From assembly GCA_021498095.1 (NCBI GenBank), contig JAIZWK010000001.1, positions 840,001 through 872,000 on the forward strand: 32,000 bases of DNA, given 5' to 3'. This stretch comes from Candidatus Harpocratesius repetitus. Its GTDB lineage: Archaea > Asgardarchaeota > Lokiarchaeia > Sigyniarchaeales > Promethearchaeaceae. Positions 18,916 to 29,100 of the stretch are shown piece after piece. Made by a program: the position numbers and the translations under genes. Positions within the stretch are counted from its first letter, which is position 1. Each line of letters begins with the position of its first letter. Under the pieces are notes generated by a model. It ran no database searches. It worked only from the letters and a program-made list of their open reading frames with translations, and had not been told where the DNA came from.

Positions 18916-19020
18916 TTATATCATAATCTCAAAAAATTTTAAATAAGCGATCTACATCTAAAAAATATTAAAGTAATTTCTCTTAGAAAAAAATAATTAA
19001 TGTATTAGGGAGATGTAAAA

Positions 19021-19641
19021 ATGCCAATTGTAACTCATCAAGATGAATATCTGTTATCGAAAATTGATATAGAATTAGCCGGAATGTTGAATTATTTAGC
19101 TCGAGATATTGAATCAATTAGGAATCAAGAGAAGAAACTTGGAGATATGTATCAATCTTATACCAAGGATTTAGGAAAATACATTCGAAAAATGCGTGAT
19201 AAAAGCAAACAAATGGATGTATTAGCCAGAGAAGATAAATCTGGAATAACTAAGGCAGATGTCGATGCTTACAAAAAACAAATTCAAAAGGTTGATGATC
19301 GAATTCGAATGATTGAAGGATATTATGACAGAATGAAAGATCTAGCTCTTCAAAAAAATAATTTAATCAAACGAATGAATGAATATGCGAAATTGATTGT
19401 GAATCATGCAAAAATCCGAAAAACAATAGTCGATATAGGTTTACGTATTGAAAAAGAAAAGAATAAAATGGTTGCAGCTGAATCTATTTCAAAAAATGAA
19501 GATAAATTAAAGGATGCTGAGAGAGAGTTTGAACGCAGTAAAAAAGAATTGAATAAAAAATGGAATCAACTAGAAGAAGAACGACAAGAAGTTAATAATA
19601 TGTGGAAAGCTTTGAAAGATTCTATTGATAACTTTGAATAA
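19021..19641 (+). CDS. all-helical coiled-coil protein (possibly BAR-like)
   Basis: 206 aa, K/E/R-rich heptads, only one Pro near the N-terminus; GGAGA upstream of the ATG. Confidence 0.75.
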   Translation: MPIVTHQDEYLLSKIDIELAGMLNYLARDIESIRNQEKKLGDMYQSYTKDLGKYIRKMRDKSKQMDVLAREDKSGITKADVDAYKKQIQKVDDRIRMIEGYYDRMKDLALQKNNLIKRMNEYAKLIVNHAKIRKTIVDIGLRIEKEKNKMVAAESISKNEDKLKDAEREFERSKKELNKKWNQLEEERQEVNNMWKALKDSIDNFE

Positions 19642-19701
19642 AATTATTTATTTTGCTTCTTCATTTGGATTTTTTTCATTTTTAACAAATAAATGAAATG
19701 A

Positions 19702-21177
19702 TCAGATATTTTGATTTAAAATTGTTCTTAACTGATTTAAAGTGAAGGGTTTTCGCAGAACCCCTAAAAATCCGAATTTCTTTGGATTAGCCATTATTGG
19801 ATCATTTGAATAACCACTTGCTACTATCGCTCGAATTTTTGGATCATACTCTTTTAATTCTGCAATAACTTCCTTTCCACCTAATCCACCTGGAATTGTT
19901 AGATCCAATATAACTAATCCAAAAGGTGAATTATTTTTATAAGCTTCCTTATAAATTCTTATAGTATCTTCTCCTTTTTCGGTAAAAACTGCGTCATAAT
20001 TCAAATGATGTATTAATTTTTCCATAATTCTTTGAATAGAATGATCATCTTCTAGAATAAGAATAGAATTTGATATTTTTTCTTCATTATTTGCTTTTTT
20101 CTTCTGAGAAGTGCTATTTTCTGAATATATTTCAATTGAATCTTGAGCAGGTAAATATATACAAAATTCTGTGTAATGATTATTTTTATCAGTTGATGTA
20201 TTAAAACATATAAAACCTTGATGGAATTTTACAATCGAATAAACAGTTGCTAAACCTAAGCCTGAACCCATCTTTTTTGTTGTGAAATAAGGATCAAAAA
20301 TTTTTGAATGATATTTCTCTGGGATACCCGTTCCAGAGTCCCGTATTTTAATTTCGATATATCGACCTGGGGGAATGAGTATTCGATGAAAATATCCCAT
20401 CTTTTTGTAAACTGGAGTTTTTATTTCGACATTATGAAAATGAAGAAAAATTTCTCCCCCATTAGGCATTGATTGATCCGCATTAATTATTAAATTCGAT
20501 ATTACTTGAGATATTTGATTTGCATCTACTACAGATAACCATAGTTTATGATCAAAATCTAAAGTACATTTTGATCTAGATCCCCGTAATGCAAAAATTG
20601 CAGTTTCTGTAATTACTTTTGTTAAATCCGTTGGTTTTTTTACCGGAGCACCTCCTGTAGCAAATGTAAGGAGTTGTGTAGTTAAATTTTGTGCCCGCAT
20701 GATGGATTTTTCAGCATCTTTCAAAGTTTCTCTTATAAAATTTAAATCGTCTTCTTCTAATGCAAGAGTTATATTTCCTAATAACGCTGCAAGAATATTA
20801 TTAAAATCGTGTGCAATTCCTCCAGCTAAAGTTCCAATACTTTCTAATTTTTCCTGATTAAGTTGATATTCTGTTAATTCAGTGGGTGTCTTATTATCTT
20901 CAAGAAATAAAATCATTTCTTTTGAATCTGTTTTCTCTGAGAGAAGATCTATATTTACAATATAGGGGAACTTTTGCCCGTGTTTAGTAATAATTTCCAT
21001 TTCATATTTTCCAGAAAATGTTTTATTCTGTTGAAATGATTCAAAAATATTCTTTCCAAGAGATTGATAATCAGGAGCTATAAAATTTAAAATAGATTTA
21101 CCAATAATTTCATCCAAAGTCATCTTAAAGACATTTAGACCTGCTGAATTTACTTGTAATATCTTTAATGAATTCAA
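19702..21177 (-). CDS. hybrid sensor kinase PAS-HisKA-HATPase-REC
   Basis: GGIAHDFNNIL H-box, NLIINADQSM N-box, DSGTGI and DPYFTTK.MGSGLGL G-boxes, REC with EDD, LDLTIPG, SGY and KPF. The true start is probably upstream (frame open to 21261). Confidence 0.93.
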   Translation of the reverse strand: MNSLKILQVNSAGLNVFKMTLDEIIGKSILNFIAPDYQSLGKNIFESFQQNKTFSGKYEMEIITKHGQKFPYIVNIDLLSEKTDSKEMILFLEDNKTPTELTEYQLNQEKLESIGTLAGGIAHDFNNILAALLGNITLALEEDDLNFIRETLKDAEKSIMRAQNLTTQLLTFATGGAPVKKPTDLTKVITETAIFALRGSRSKCTLDFDHKLWLSVVDANQISQVISNLIINADQSMPNGGEIFLHFHNVEIKTPVYKKMGYFHRILIPPGRYIEIKIRDSGTGIPEKYHSKIFDPYFTTKKMGSGLGLATVYSIVKFHQGFICFNTSTDKNNHYTEFCIYLPAQDSIEIYSENSTSQKKKANNEEKISNSILILEDDHSIQRIMEKLIHHLNYDAVFTEKGEDTIRIYKEAYKNNSPFGLVILDLTIPGGLGGKEVIAELKEYDPKIRAIVASGYSNDPIMANPKKFGFLGVLRKPFTLNQLRTILNQNI

Positions 21178-21446
21178 ATCTACTATGATTATTATCGGAG
21201 ATATAAATTTGGTACTTATTTCATCTCTTGAGTTAATATTTGAAATAAATATTTTCCTCCCTCAAATTCTTATAAATAAGAAATTTTCTATTAATCATTA
21301 TTTTTTAATTATCATAACTCCAATTCCAAGTTTTAAGTAGATTTTTACTTTTATTAACTATAGTTTTAAAATAATTATAAGAAAAATTTCCATTTTTTAT
21401 AATTCATAAAAATAAGAAGAATGATAAAAAAAATCGCAATTATTGA

Positions 21447-22226
21447 TTATCCATATGAAATTATCCTAAAAGAATCTTCGATTTTTAAAAAATAATTCAT
21501 ATTTTTGGAATTTAGCACTAATTCGCCCTCATCATTAATTCCATTAATAATACATTTTTTACCATTATTTAAGGTAATTTGGTTTCCTATATATAATAGA
21601 TGTTGATTATATTGTGATATTAGTAATGTTTTTTTATTTTTTGGAAAATTTACAATATATGATTCCCAAATTTCATGATATAAGTTCTTTAACAAGATTC
21701 GAGCAAAATTAACAATAGGAACTTTTGTATGAGTCAAATCAAAAACTGAGACTACATTTTCTTTTAAGTAATCTGGAAAATTTGTTGTCGAATTGTTTAA
21801 ATTTATACCAATTCCAATTAGAAGAAAATTGAAATTTACTTGAGAGATTAATTCTAGTAAAATTCCACCCATTTTCTTAAATCGATAAGAATTGGATGAA
21901 AAGGTAATAACTAAATCATTTGGCCATTTAATAACAGCAGGTATATTTAGGTATGTGTTTAGGAAAGATTGTAGAAGTTGAACGATTCCATAATGGAGAA
22001 AAACAAATTGTTCATTAGATAAAAGTTTTGGTAAGGGTATTCCAAGAGTGCTCCAAAATCCTCCAATTGGAGAGATCCAATCATCATTCTTTCGTCCTCT
22101 TCCGTGTTTTTGGGTTTTTGCAATCAAAAAAATACTTTGATTTGAGTTTTGGTGAATATATGGAATGATTGCATCTTGAGTTGATGAAACTTCATCAATA
22201 TAAATTATCTTTACAGAAGGTATCAC
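21447..22226 (-). CDS. birA: biotin--protein ligase, class I (no N-terminal HTH)
   Basis: SSTQD, Q.HGRGRK...W.SP.GG, IKWPNDL, KMGGILLE, IGIGINL motifs; GTG start. Confidence 0.93.
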   Translation of the reverse strand: MIPSVKIIYIDEVSSTQDAIIPYIHQNSNQSIFLIAKTQKHGRGRKNDDWISPIGGFWSTLGIPLPKLLSNEQFVFLHYGIVQLLQSFLNTYLNIPAVIKWPNDLVITFSSNSYRFKKMGGILLELISQVNFNFLLIGIGINLNNSTTNFPDYLKENVVSVFDLTHTKVPIVNFARILLKNLYHEIWESYIVNFPKNKKTLLISQYNQHLLYIGNQITLNNGKKCIINGINDEGELVLNSKNMNYFLKIEDSFRIISYG

Positions 22227-22231
22227 GATAT

Positions 22232-22294
22232 AAAAAAAAAAAAGTGCTTGTTAAATTTTCTTACCATCATCCTACTCGGAAAGGTAGGTGGTAA
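22232..22294 (-). promoter_or_regulatory. hairpin followed by a T12 run in the birA leader
   Basis: On the + strand, TTACCA-tcat-CCTAC-N8-GTAGG-TGGTAA (22261-22294). The A12 run at 22232-22243 is T12 on the birA strand, ending 5 nt before the GTG. Confidence 0.4.
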
Positions 22295-22401
22295 CTTTAT
22301 ATGTAAAATTAAATTCTTCATCTCCATTATATTCTTATTTTTCAACTTTTACGAGAAAAGAGAAAAAATACTAATCCAATGGGGATAACTCGAATTTTCT
22401 T

Positions 22402-22409
22402 TTTATATA
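22402..22409 (+). promoter_or_regulatory. candidate TATA box of the carboxyltransferase gene
   Basis: TTTATATA ends 24 nt before ATG 22434, the usual archaeal spacing for a near-leaderless transcript. Confidence 0.45.
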
Positions 22410-22433
22410 AAATAACATTTATTCAATTCAATA

Positions 22434-24008
22434 ATGATTTTAGAAAAAATTGAAGGTAGCCAATCACCTTCACCTTCTTCATCTGATCTTATTGGGCTCC
22501 GACGTAAGTCTAAAGAAGGTGGAGGGCCATTAAAAATCGAATCTCAACACCGGAAAGGAAAAATGACTGCTCGGGAGCGAATTGATTTATTAATTGATCC
22601 TGGAACCTTCACAGAAATCGATGAGTTTATACTTCATCGCTCCACTAAATTTGGGATGGAACATCAAAAATACTATGGTGATGGTGTTGTCACGGGATTT
22701 GGTTTCATCAATGGGAGAAAAGTATTCTTATATAGTCAAGATTTTACTGTTATGGGCGGAAGTTTAGGGAATGCACACGCTAAGAAAATTTGTAAAATTA
22801 TGGATCTTGCAATTAAAAATGGTTGTCCTATAATTGCTCTTCTTGATTCTGGGGGTGCCAGAATTCAAGAGGGTGTAGATTCTTTAGCTGGATTTGGCGA
22901 AATCTTCCATCGAAATGTTCAAGCTTCAGGTGTCATTCCTCAAATATCCGTTATTTTAGGTTCATGTGCAGGAGGTGCGGTCTATAGTCCTGCACTTACA
23001 GATTTCGTCATCATGGGTGGGGATCATGCATATATGTTCGTTACTGGGCCTCAAGTTGTCGAATCTGTGACAGGAGAACAAGTTTCTTTTAATGATCTTG
23101 GGGGGAAGGATATTCATGCGAATATTTCGGGTGTTGCACATCTGGTCGCTAATTCTGAAGAACAAACCTTGGATCTGGTAAAAAAATTACTATCTTACAT
23201 CCCTTCCAATAATTTAATGGATGCACCACGAGGAAATACTGAATTAGAGCCAGATCAAACCATAAATCTTGATACAATAATTCCAGAAAATGAAAATGAA
23301 CCTTATGATATGAAATTTGTAATTAAAGGAATTATTGATAAAGGCTCTTTCTTTGAAATTTTTCCTTCTTTTGCTAAAAATATCATCACAGGATTTGGAC
23401 GTTTACAAGGGAATACAATTGGAATAATTGCTAATCAACCAATGGTTTTGGGAGGCGCAATAGACTTTCATGCTTCTGATAAAAGTGCCAGATTCATCCG
23501 ATTTTGTGATTCGTTTAATATTCCTATTTTGACATTAGTTGATGTTCCTGGTTTCATGCCTGGAACTAAACAAGAATATGCTGGTATAATCCGGCATGGA
23601 GCTAAGATGATATTTGCATATTCTGAAGCAACAGTTCCAAAAATCACGATTATTACTAGAAAAGCATATGGGGGTGCATATATCGTTATGGCTTCAAAGC
23701 ATTTGGGCGCAGATATTAATTTAGCGTGGAATTCTGCCCAAATTGCCGTTATGGGTGCTGAAGGTGCATGTAAAATTCTTTATCGAAAAAAAATTCAAAA
23801 ATCTGACGATCCAGAGAAAGAATTAGAAAGATATATTGCACAATATAAACGAGAGTTTTCAAATCCATTTCAAGTTGCTGAATTGGGCTATGTTGATAAA
23901 GTCATTTTTCCTTCAGAATCCCGTTCAATTATTTTAAATTCGCTGCAATTTCTTATAAATAAGCGTGAAAATGTCCCAAAAAGAAAGCATGGTAATTTTC
24001 CTGTCTGA
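22434..24008 (+). CDS. acyl-CoA carboxylase carboxyltransferase subunit (PccB/AccD type)
   Basis: GKMTARERID.L.DPG.F.E, DGVVTGFG, QDFTVMGGSLG, DSGGARIQEG, GSCAGGAVYSPALTD, DVPGFMPG, RKAYGGAY, KHGNFP. Confidence 0.97.
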   Translation: MILEKIEGSQSPSPSSSDLIGLRRKSKEGGGPLKIESQHRKGKMTARERIDLLIDPGTFTEIDEFILHRSTKFGMEHQKYYGDGVVTGFGFINGRKVFLYSQDFTVMGGSLGNAHAKKICKIMDLAIKNGCPIIALLDSGGARIQEGVDSLAGFGEIFHRNVQASGVIPQISVILGSCAGGAVYSPALTDFVIMGGDHAYMFVTGPQVVESVTGEQVSFNDLGGKDIHANISGVAHLVANSEEQTLDLVKKLLSYIPSNNLMDAPRGNTELEPDQTINLDTIIPENENEPYDMKFVIKGIIDKGSFFEIFPSFAKNIITGFGRLQGNTIGIIANQPMVLGGAIDFHASDKSARFIRFCDSFNIPILTLVDVPGFMPGTKQEYAGIIRHGAKMIFAYSEATVPKITIITRKAYGGAYIVMASKHLGADINLAWNSAQIAVMGAEGACKILYRKKIQKSDDPEKELERYIAQYKREFSNPFQVAELGYVDKVIFPSESRSIILNSLQFLINKRENVPKRKHGNFPV

Positions 24009-24086
24009 TGATAAAAAAATCTTTTTTCTACTATACTAATATTTCAAAAATTAAACTCAAAACTTAAAACTGAAGAGGTTGTAAAG

Positions 24087-26180
24087 ATGAAAAAACCACA
24101 TGAAATACTTAAAATTTTAAACAACACATTGCCGATCTGGGGATATAATCCTCAAGGTTTTGAAGATATAACTGTTCTTGTAACCCTCTGCGAAAATAAT
24201 GCTGTAGGTATATTAAATACTGAATCTCTTTCTATTTTACAGACTAATAAAATAATTAAACGAATATCAAAACAAATACAACCTTCAAAAATATGGGGAA
24301 TTCGCATTACTAATGAAGATTTCATCTCTGATTTAGATTTTAGCACAAATAATGTGATTGCAATTTGTTCGTTTGTTCCATCAAGTAAAAGTCTTGAAAT
24401 TTTAAAAAAGAAATCACTGCTTATCTGTGCAGAAGTGTTGACTTCACAAGAAGCAAAATCTAAAGCAAAATGGGCCGATTTTTTCTTAGTTCGCGGAAAT
24501 GAAGCCGGTGGTTTTGTTAGTAATCGAAATTCTTTCATTCAAATTCAAGAATTCTACAAATTGGGATATAGCTTTATCATTGAAGGTGGATTTGGCATAT
24601 ACAATGTTGGTGCGGCCTTAATTGGTGGTGCTCTTGGTGTAGTTTATGAATCACAATTGTATTTATTAAATGAATCTCCATTAAGTCATCAATTTAAATC
24701 TTATATTAAAACCCTGCAAGAAAATGATTTCTACTTGTTTGCTGAAAGTGAACATTTTAACTTTCGTTTGATTGGAAAATTGGCCAATAAATCTATTCGA
24801 GAAGTTAAATTGAAAGAAAAAGACTTTTATAAGCAAATTCTTGAAAAAGAAGGAGATATTACCCGAGAAGAGTTCACAAAAATTTTATTTAGTGTTATTC
24901 AAAAAGATCGGGGAAAACAAATTGGATTTCCGGATTTTTCATCAAAATACCCTAAACATTCATTTCTTCCTTGTGATCATGGTATCATTTTTGCAAATCA
25001 GATTGCTGAGCAATTTCAGTCCATTTCAAGATTTATTCAAAAAATAACTGAAATTATTATTCGACAACATAAATTAATTAAAAAACAGTGGCCTTTTCAA
25101 GAATCTAGCCCATTTGCTCAGAATATAAATGTCAAATATCCTATCATCCAAGGTCCAATGGCAAATATTACTGAATCGATTGAATTTGCCCAAATTGTTG
25201 CAGATCACGGAGCATTACCGACATTTGCTTTAGGGGGTTTGATGGGACCTGAAGCAGATGCATTATTGGAAAAAATCTCAAATTCATCTTTACAAAACTA
25301 CCAATATATGGCTGGAATTATTGGATTAGAAGTTGTTAAAAAACGTCGTGAACTTCAATTAGAATCTATAAAAAAACACAATGTTCCCTTTACATTAATT
25401 GCAGCAGGTTCAGTTGATTTAGCCAAACAAGTAATTAGACAAGGTGAAAGAGTTTTTTTACATACTCCTGCTCTATCTATGTTTAAAGAAGCCGTGAAAA
25501 ACCAAATTGAATTTTTAATTTTAGAAGGGAGTGAATGTGGAGGTCATATTGGAACCCTTTCATCTTGGATATTGTGGGAAAACATACTTCAATACTGTAA
25601 AAAAGAACAACAATCATTTTCTCAAAAAATTAACGTTATTTTCGCAGGAGGTATTATTAATGAAACCAGCAGTGCGATGTTGGCGATGATGATTGGTGAT
25701 CATCTCGATATAATCAATCCTGGAATTCAGATGGGAACATCCTATCTTTTCACTCCAGAAATTACATCTTCAAAGGCATTATCTCCCCTTTATCAGAATC
25801 TATTGTTGAATCATGACTCAACTCGTGTCATAGGCGCAACTGTAAATACACGAGCACGTGTAATTCCATCGATATTTAGTTCAGAAACAATCAAAAAAGA
25901 ACTTCATCGAATAACAGAAGAAATTCCAATTTCAAAGCGTAAAGAACTTTATGAAAAGGATAATTTGGGTGCTTTGCGAATTGCTGCACAAGCAGAAATC
26001 TGGAATAATGATCATATTCCAGGAACAGGGACTACTCAATTTATTCCAATATCTCCAGAAAAACAAGAAAAACTAGGTGCATTCATGACTGGCGAGTCAC
26101 TAACTCTTCGTACGACAGTCGTCCCTATAAAAAATTTACACTACGATATTACCAAAGGAGGATTTCATAAAGTTTCAAAT
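24087..26180 (+). other. domains: tandem FabK/nitronate-monooxygenase-like (PfaD-type) enoyl-reductase barrels
   Basis: Barrel 1 has RGNEAGGF, IIEGGFG and GALGV. Barrel 2 has YPIIQGPM, LEGSECGGH, IFAGGI and GIQMGTSY. Boundaries are approximate. Confidence 0.8.
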
Positions 26181-29100
26181 CTTCAAAAATATAATTCATT
26201 GAATCAAATTCTTAATTTTAAGAATCAATTAAAATCCAAGCCTGTTTTTGAAAAAACAAAAAAAAAATTCGCCGATTCTCGGGTTGCAATAGTAGGAATT
26301 GGTGGAGTATTTCCTGATGCTTCAAATATTAATGAATTCTGGGATAATATTTTATCAGAGAAATATTCTATTACTGAGGTTCCTAAAGATCGATGGAATT
26401 ATGAAATATATTTCAGTGAAGATCGAAATCAAAAAGATAAAACTTACACTAAAATTGGGGGTTTTATCAAGGACTTTAAATTCAAATCAATTAAATTTCG
26501 AATCCCCCCACAAATGGCTAAGAGAATGGATCCTGTCCAGAAATGGGCTTTAACTGCAGCTAAAGAGGCGTTAATGGATGCAAATTATCCTATTGATGGA
26601 AAACAATCTCTATCATTGGCTGTTATTATCGGAAACTCTTTAGGGGGGGAAATTCAAAGATATAATGATAAAAGGGTCTTCTTCAACGAAATTAATCACT
26701 ATCTATATCAAGCAGAAAAGAAAAATATCGGAGATTCAAACTCTATTCGGAGAATTAAATCTTATCTTGAAGAAAATATAATCAAAAATATTCTTCCTAT
26801 TAATGAAGATACAATGCCTGGTGAATTATCAAATATAATTGCTGGCAGAATTAGTAATGTCTTCAATTTAAACGGAAAGAATTTAACTACTGATGCAGCA
26901 TGTGCTTCAAGTCTTGCAGCTTTAGATACAGCGGTAAAGGGTCTTCTATTAGGAGATTACGACGCAGTTTTAGCCGGTGGGGCTGATCATTCAATGGATC
27001 CATCTGTTTTTATAAAATTCTCAAAGATTGGGGCGCTTTCCGCAAAAAAGTCTTGTCCATTTGATGCAGAAGCAGATGGTTTTGTTATGGGAGAAGGAGC
27101 AGGTTTTGTTGTACTTAAACGATTATCTGATGCAATTCGCGATAATAATAAAATTTATGCGGTAATTAGGGGAATAGGTGCTTCTTCAGATGGTAGAGGT
27201 AAAGGAATTACTGCACCTAACCTACAAGGTCAAAAAATGGCTGTCATACGAGCGCTAGACTCCGCTAAAATTCAAGAAAAAGATCTTCAATATATTGAAT
27301 GTCATGGTACTTCCACTGTAATAGGAGATGCTACTGAATTAATGGTGCTTCAAGAATTACTCCACTCTAAAAATCCATCTCAGAAAATTGCAATTGGTTC
27401 TGTTAAAAGTCAAATTGGGCACTTAAAAAGTGCAGCTGCTATCGCTTCAATTATCAAAACGAGTCTGGCACTTTATCATAAAATTATCCCTCCTTCTATA
27501 AATTTTAATATTCCAAATCCCAAAATTGACTGGGATAATGTTCCTTTTTATGTAAATACTCACGCTAAAGAATGGATTCGTCCTCAAAATTCCATAAGGA
27601 GAGCAGGTGTTTCAGCTTTTGGATTTGGTGGGACCAATTTTCATGTCATATTAGAAGAGTTTTGTCCCGAATCTTTAAACAATTCTATAAATTCTATTCC
27701 AGAATATATTCCATATTCTGAGGGAATCATTCAAACGAATCAAAAAAGTGCATTTTCATTTGATAATTCTGATCCTTCTTTAGTATTTATGTTTAGTGGT
27801 CAAGGAAGTCAATATGTCGGGATGGGTCATGAATTATATGAGACAATTCCAGAAATACGAGATATCTTAAATCGTGCTAATGAAATTTGTCAGAGTTTTG
27901 GAGATTTTAACCTTCTTCAAATTTTATTTGGTGATAAATCGAAATCAAAAAGTGAAAATCAAAAAATATTAACTCAAACACAGTTCACTCAACCAGCGAT
28001 TTTTAGCTTGGAAATTGCCTTATTCAAATATTTAAATAACCGTGGGATTGTCCCAGGAATTGTTGCCGGTCATAGTTTGGGAGAATTCTCTGCCCTTGTT
28101 ACTGCAGGAGTGATGGATTTTGAAGATGCATTAAAAGCTGTCATTATTCGAGGTCAAGCAATGGGTACATCCACTCCTGATTCTAAATGTGGAATGGCTG
28201 CCCTATTGTGTCCAATTTCTCAGGTAGAAGAAATTCTAAAAAAAGTTAAAGAGGGAAATGTTTCGATTTCTAATTATAATTCTCCTACACAGACTGTTAT
28301 TTCAGGTGATTTGGTAGGTATTCAAAATGCCTTAAAAGTATGTCAAAAAGAAAATGTTAGAGCAAAACAATTAAATGTGTCACAAGCGTTTCATTCAAAA
28401 TTTGTGGCATCTGCTGGTTCTAAATTAGCGGAGTATTTAAATACCATCAAATTTCATAAACCAAATATTCCAGTATACAGCAATGTCTTAGGCAGTGCAT
28501 ACCCGACTAATTCTGATAAAATAAAGGGGATTTTATTAGATCAAATTACCTCACCTGTACGTTGGACTGACGAGATAGAGCAGATTTATAATGCGGGAGG
28601 AAGAAAATTTGTAGAAGTTGGACCTAAAAAAGCCTTATTCTACTTTGCTAAAGAAATTTTGAAAAAAGCAAAAAATGTTTCTCAATTCTTTACTTTAACT
28701 CCAAAAAAATCTGAAGTAGAATATCTAAAACAAATAACAGACGAAATTAGTAATCAAATGCAAAATAGAGAGCAAAATTTTTCCTTAAAATCCAAATATC
28801 TCTTTTCTAAACAGAATTTACCGAAGATACTTAGCCAAAATAAAGAAATATCAAATAATAATGTGTTTGATGAATTAATTTCTGATAAAACTATCCAAAG
28901 TCTTAGTACACAACCTCATTTTAGAGAATTTCTTGCTCAACAAAAAGAAATACTCGCCCCCATGTTAAAAGCATCCTATTCTCAATTTATTCGCTTGTAT
29001 AGACAAGAACAAGAACGAAAAAAGAAAGAATCGTCACAATTTATCCAAAATACACTACAAATTGGAGTAACCGGTGTTGGATTGGGAATTCCAGGAAAAA

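Noticed and set aside
125-20000. Other short overlapping track ORFs (e.g. 125-307, 349-570, 2938-3129, 3896-4260, 4698-4946, 5914-6135, 7144-7356, 7942-8130, 8695-8883, 10438-10680, 13798-14001, 14600-15101, 15901-16095, 18230-18469)
   Set aside because: They overlap well-supported genes in other frames or strands, with no motifs and shadow-like composition.
24006-24030. TGA-TGA after the carboxyltransferase as selenocysteine or readthrough into the synthase
   Set aside because: The protein ends at the family's normal KHGNFP terminus, the synthase is in its own frame context with its own RBS and ATG, and no SECIS is evident. The A7/T6 run may simply be a weak terminator.
26251-26267. A6-C-A10 run between ER and KS1 as a programmed frameshift or split-gene site
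   Set aside because: ER and KS motifs are in the same frame across it (EKTKKKF), so no shift is needed. It remains at most a slippage hotspot.
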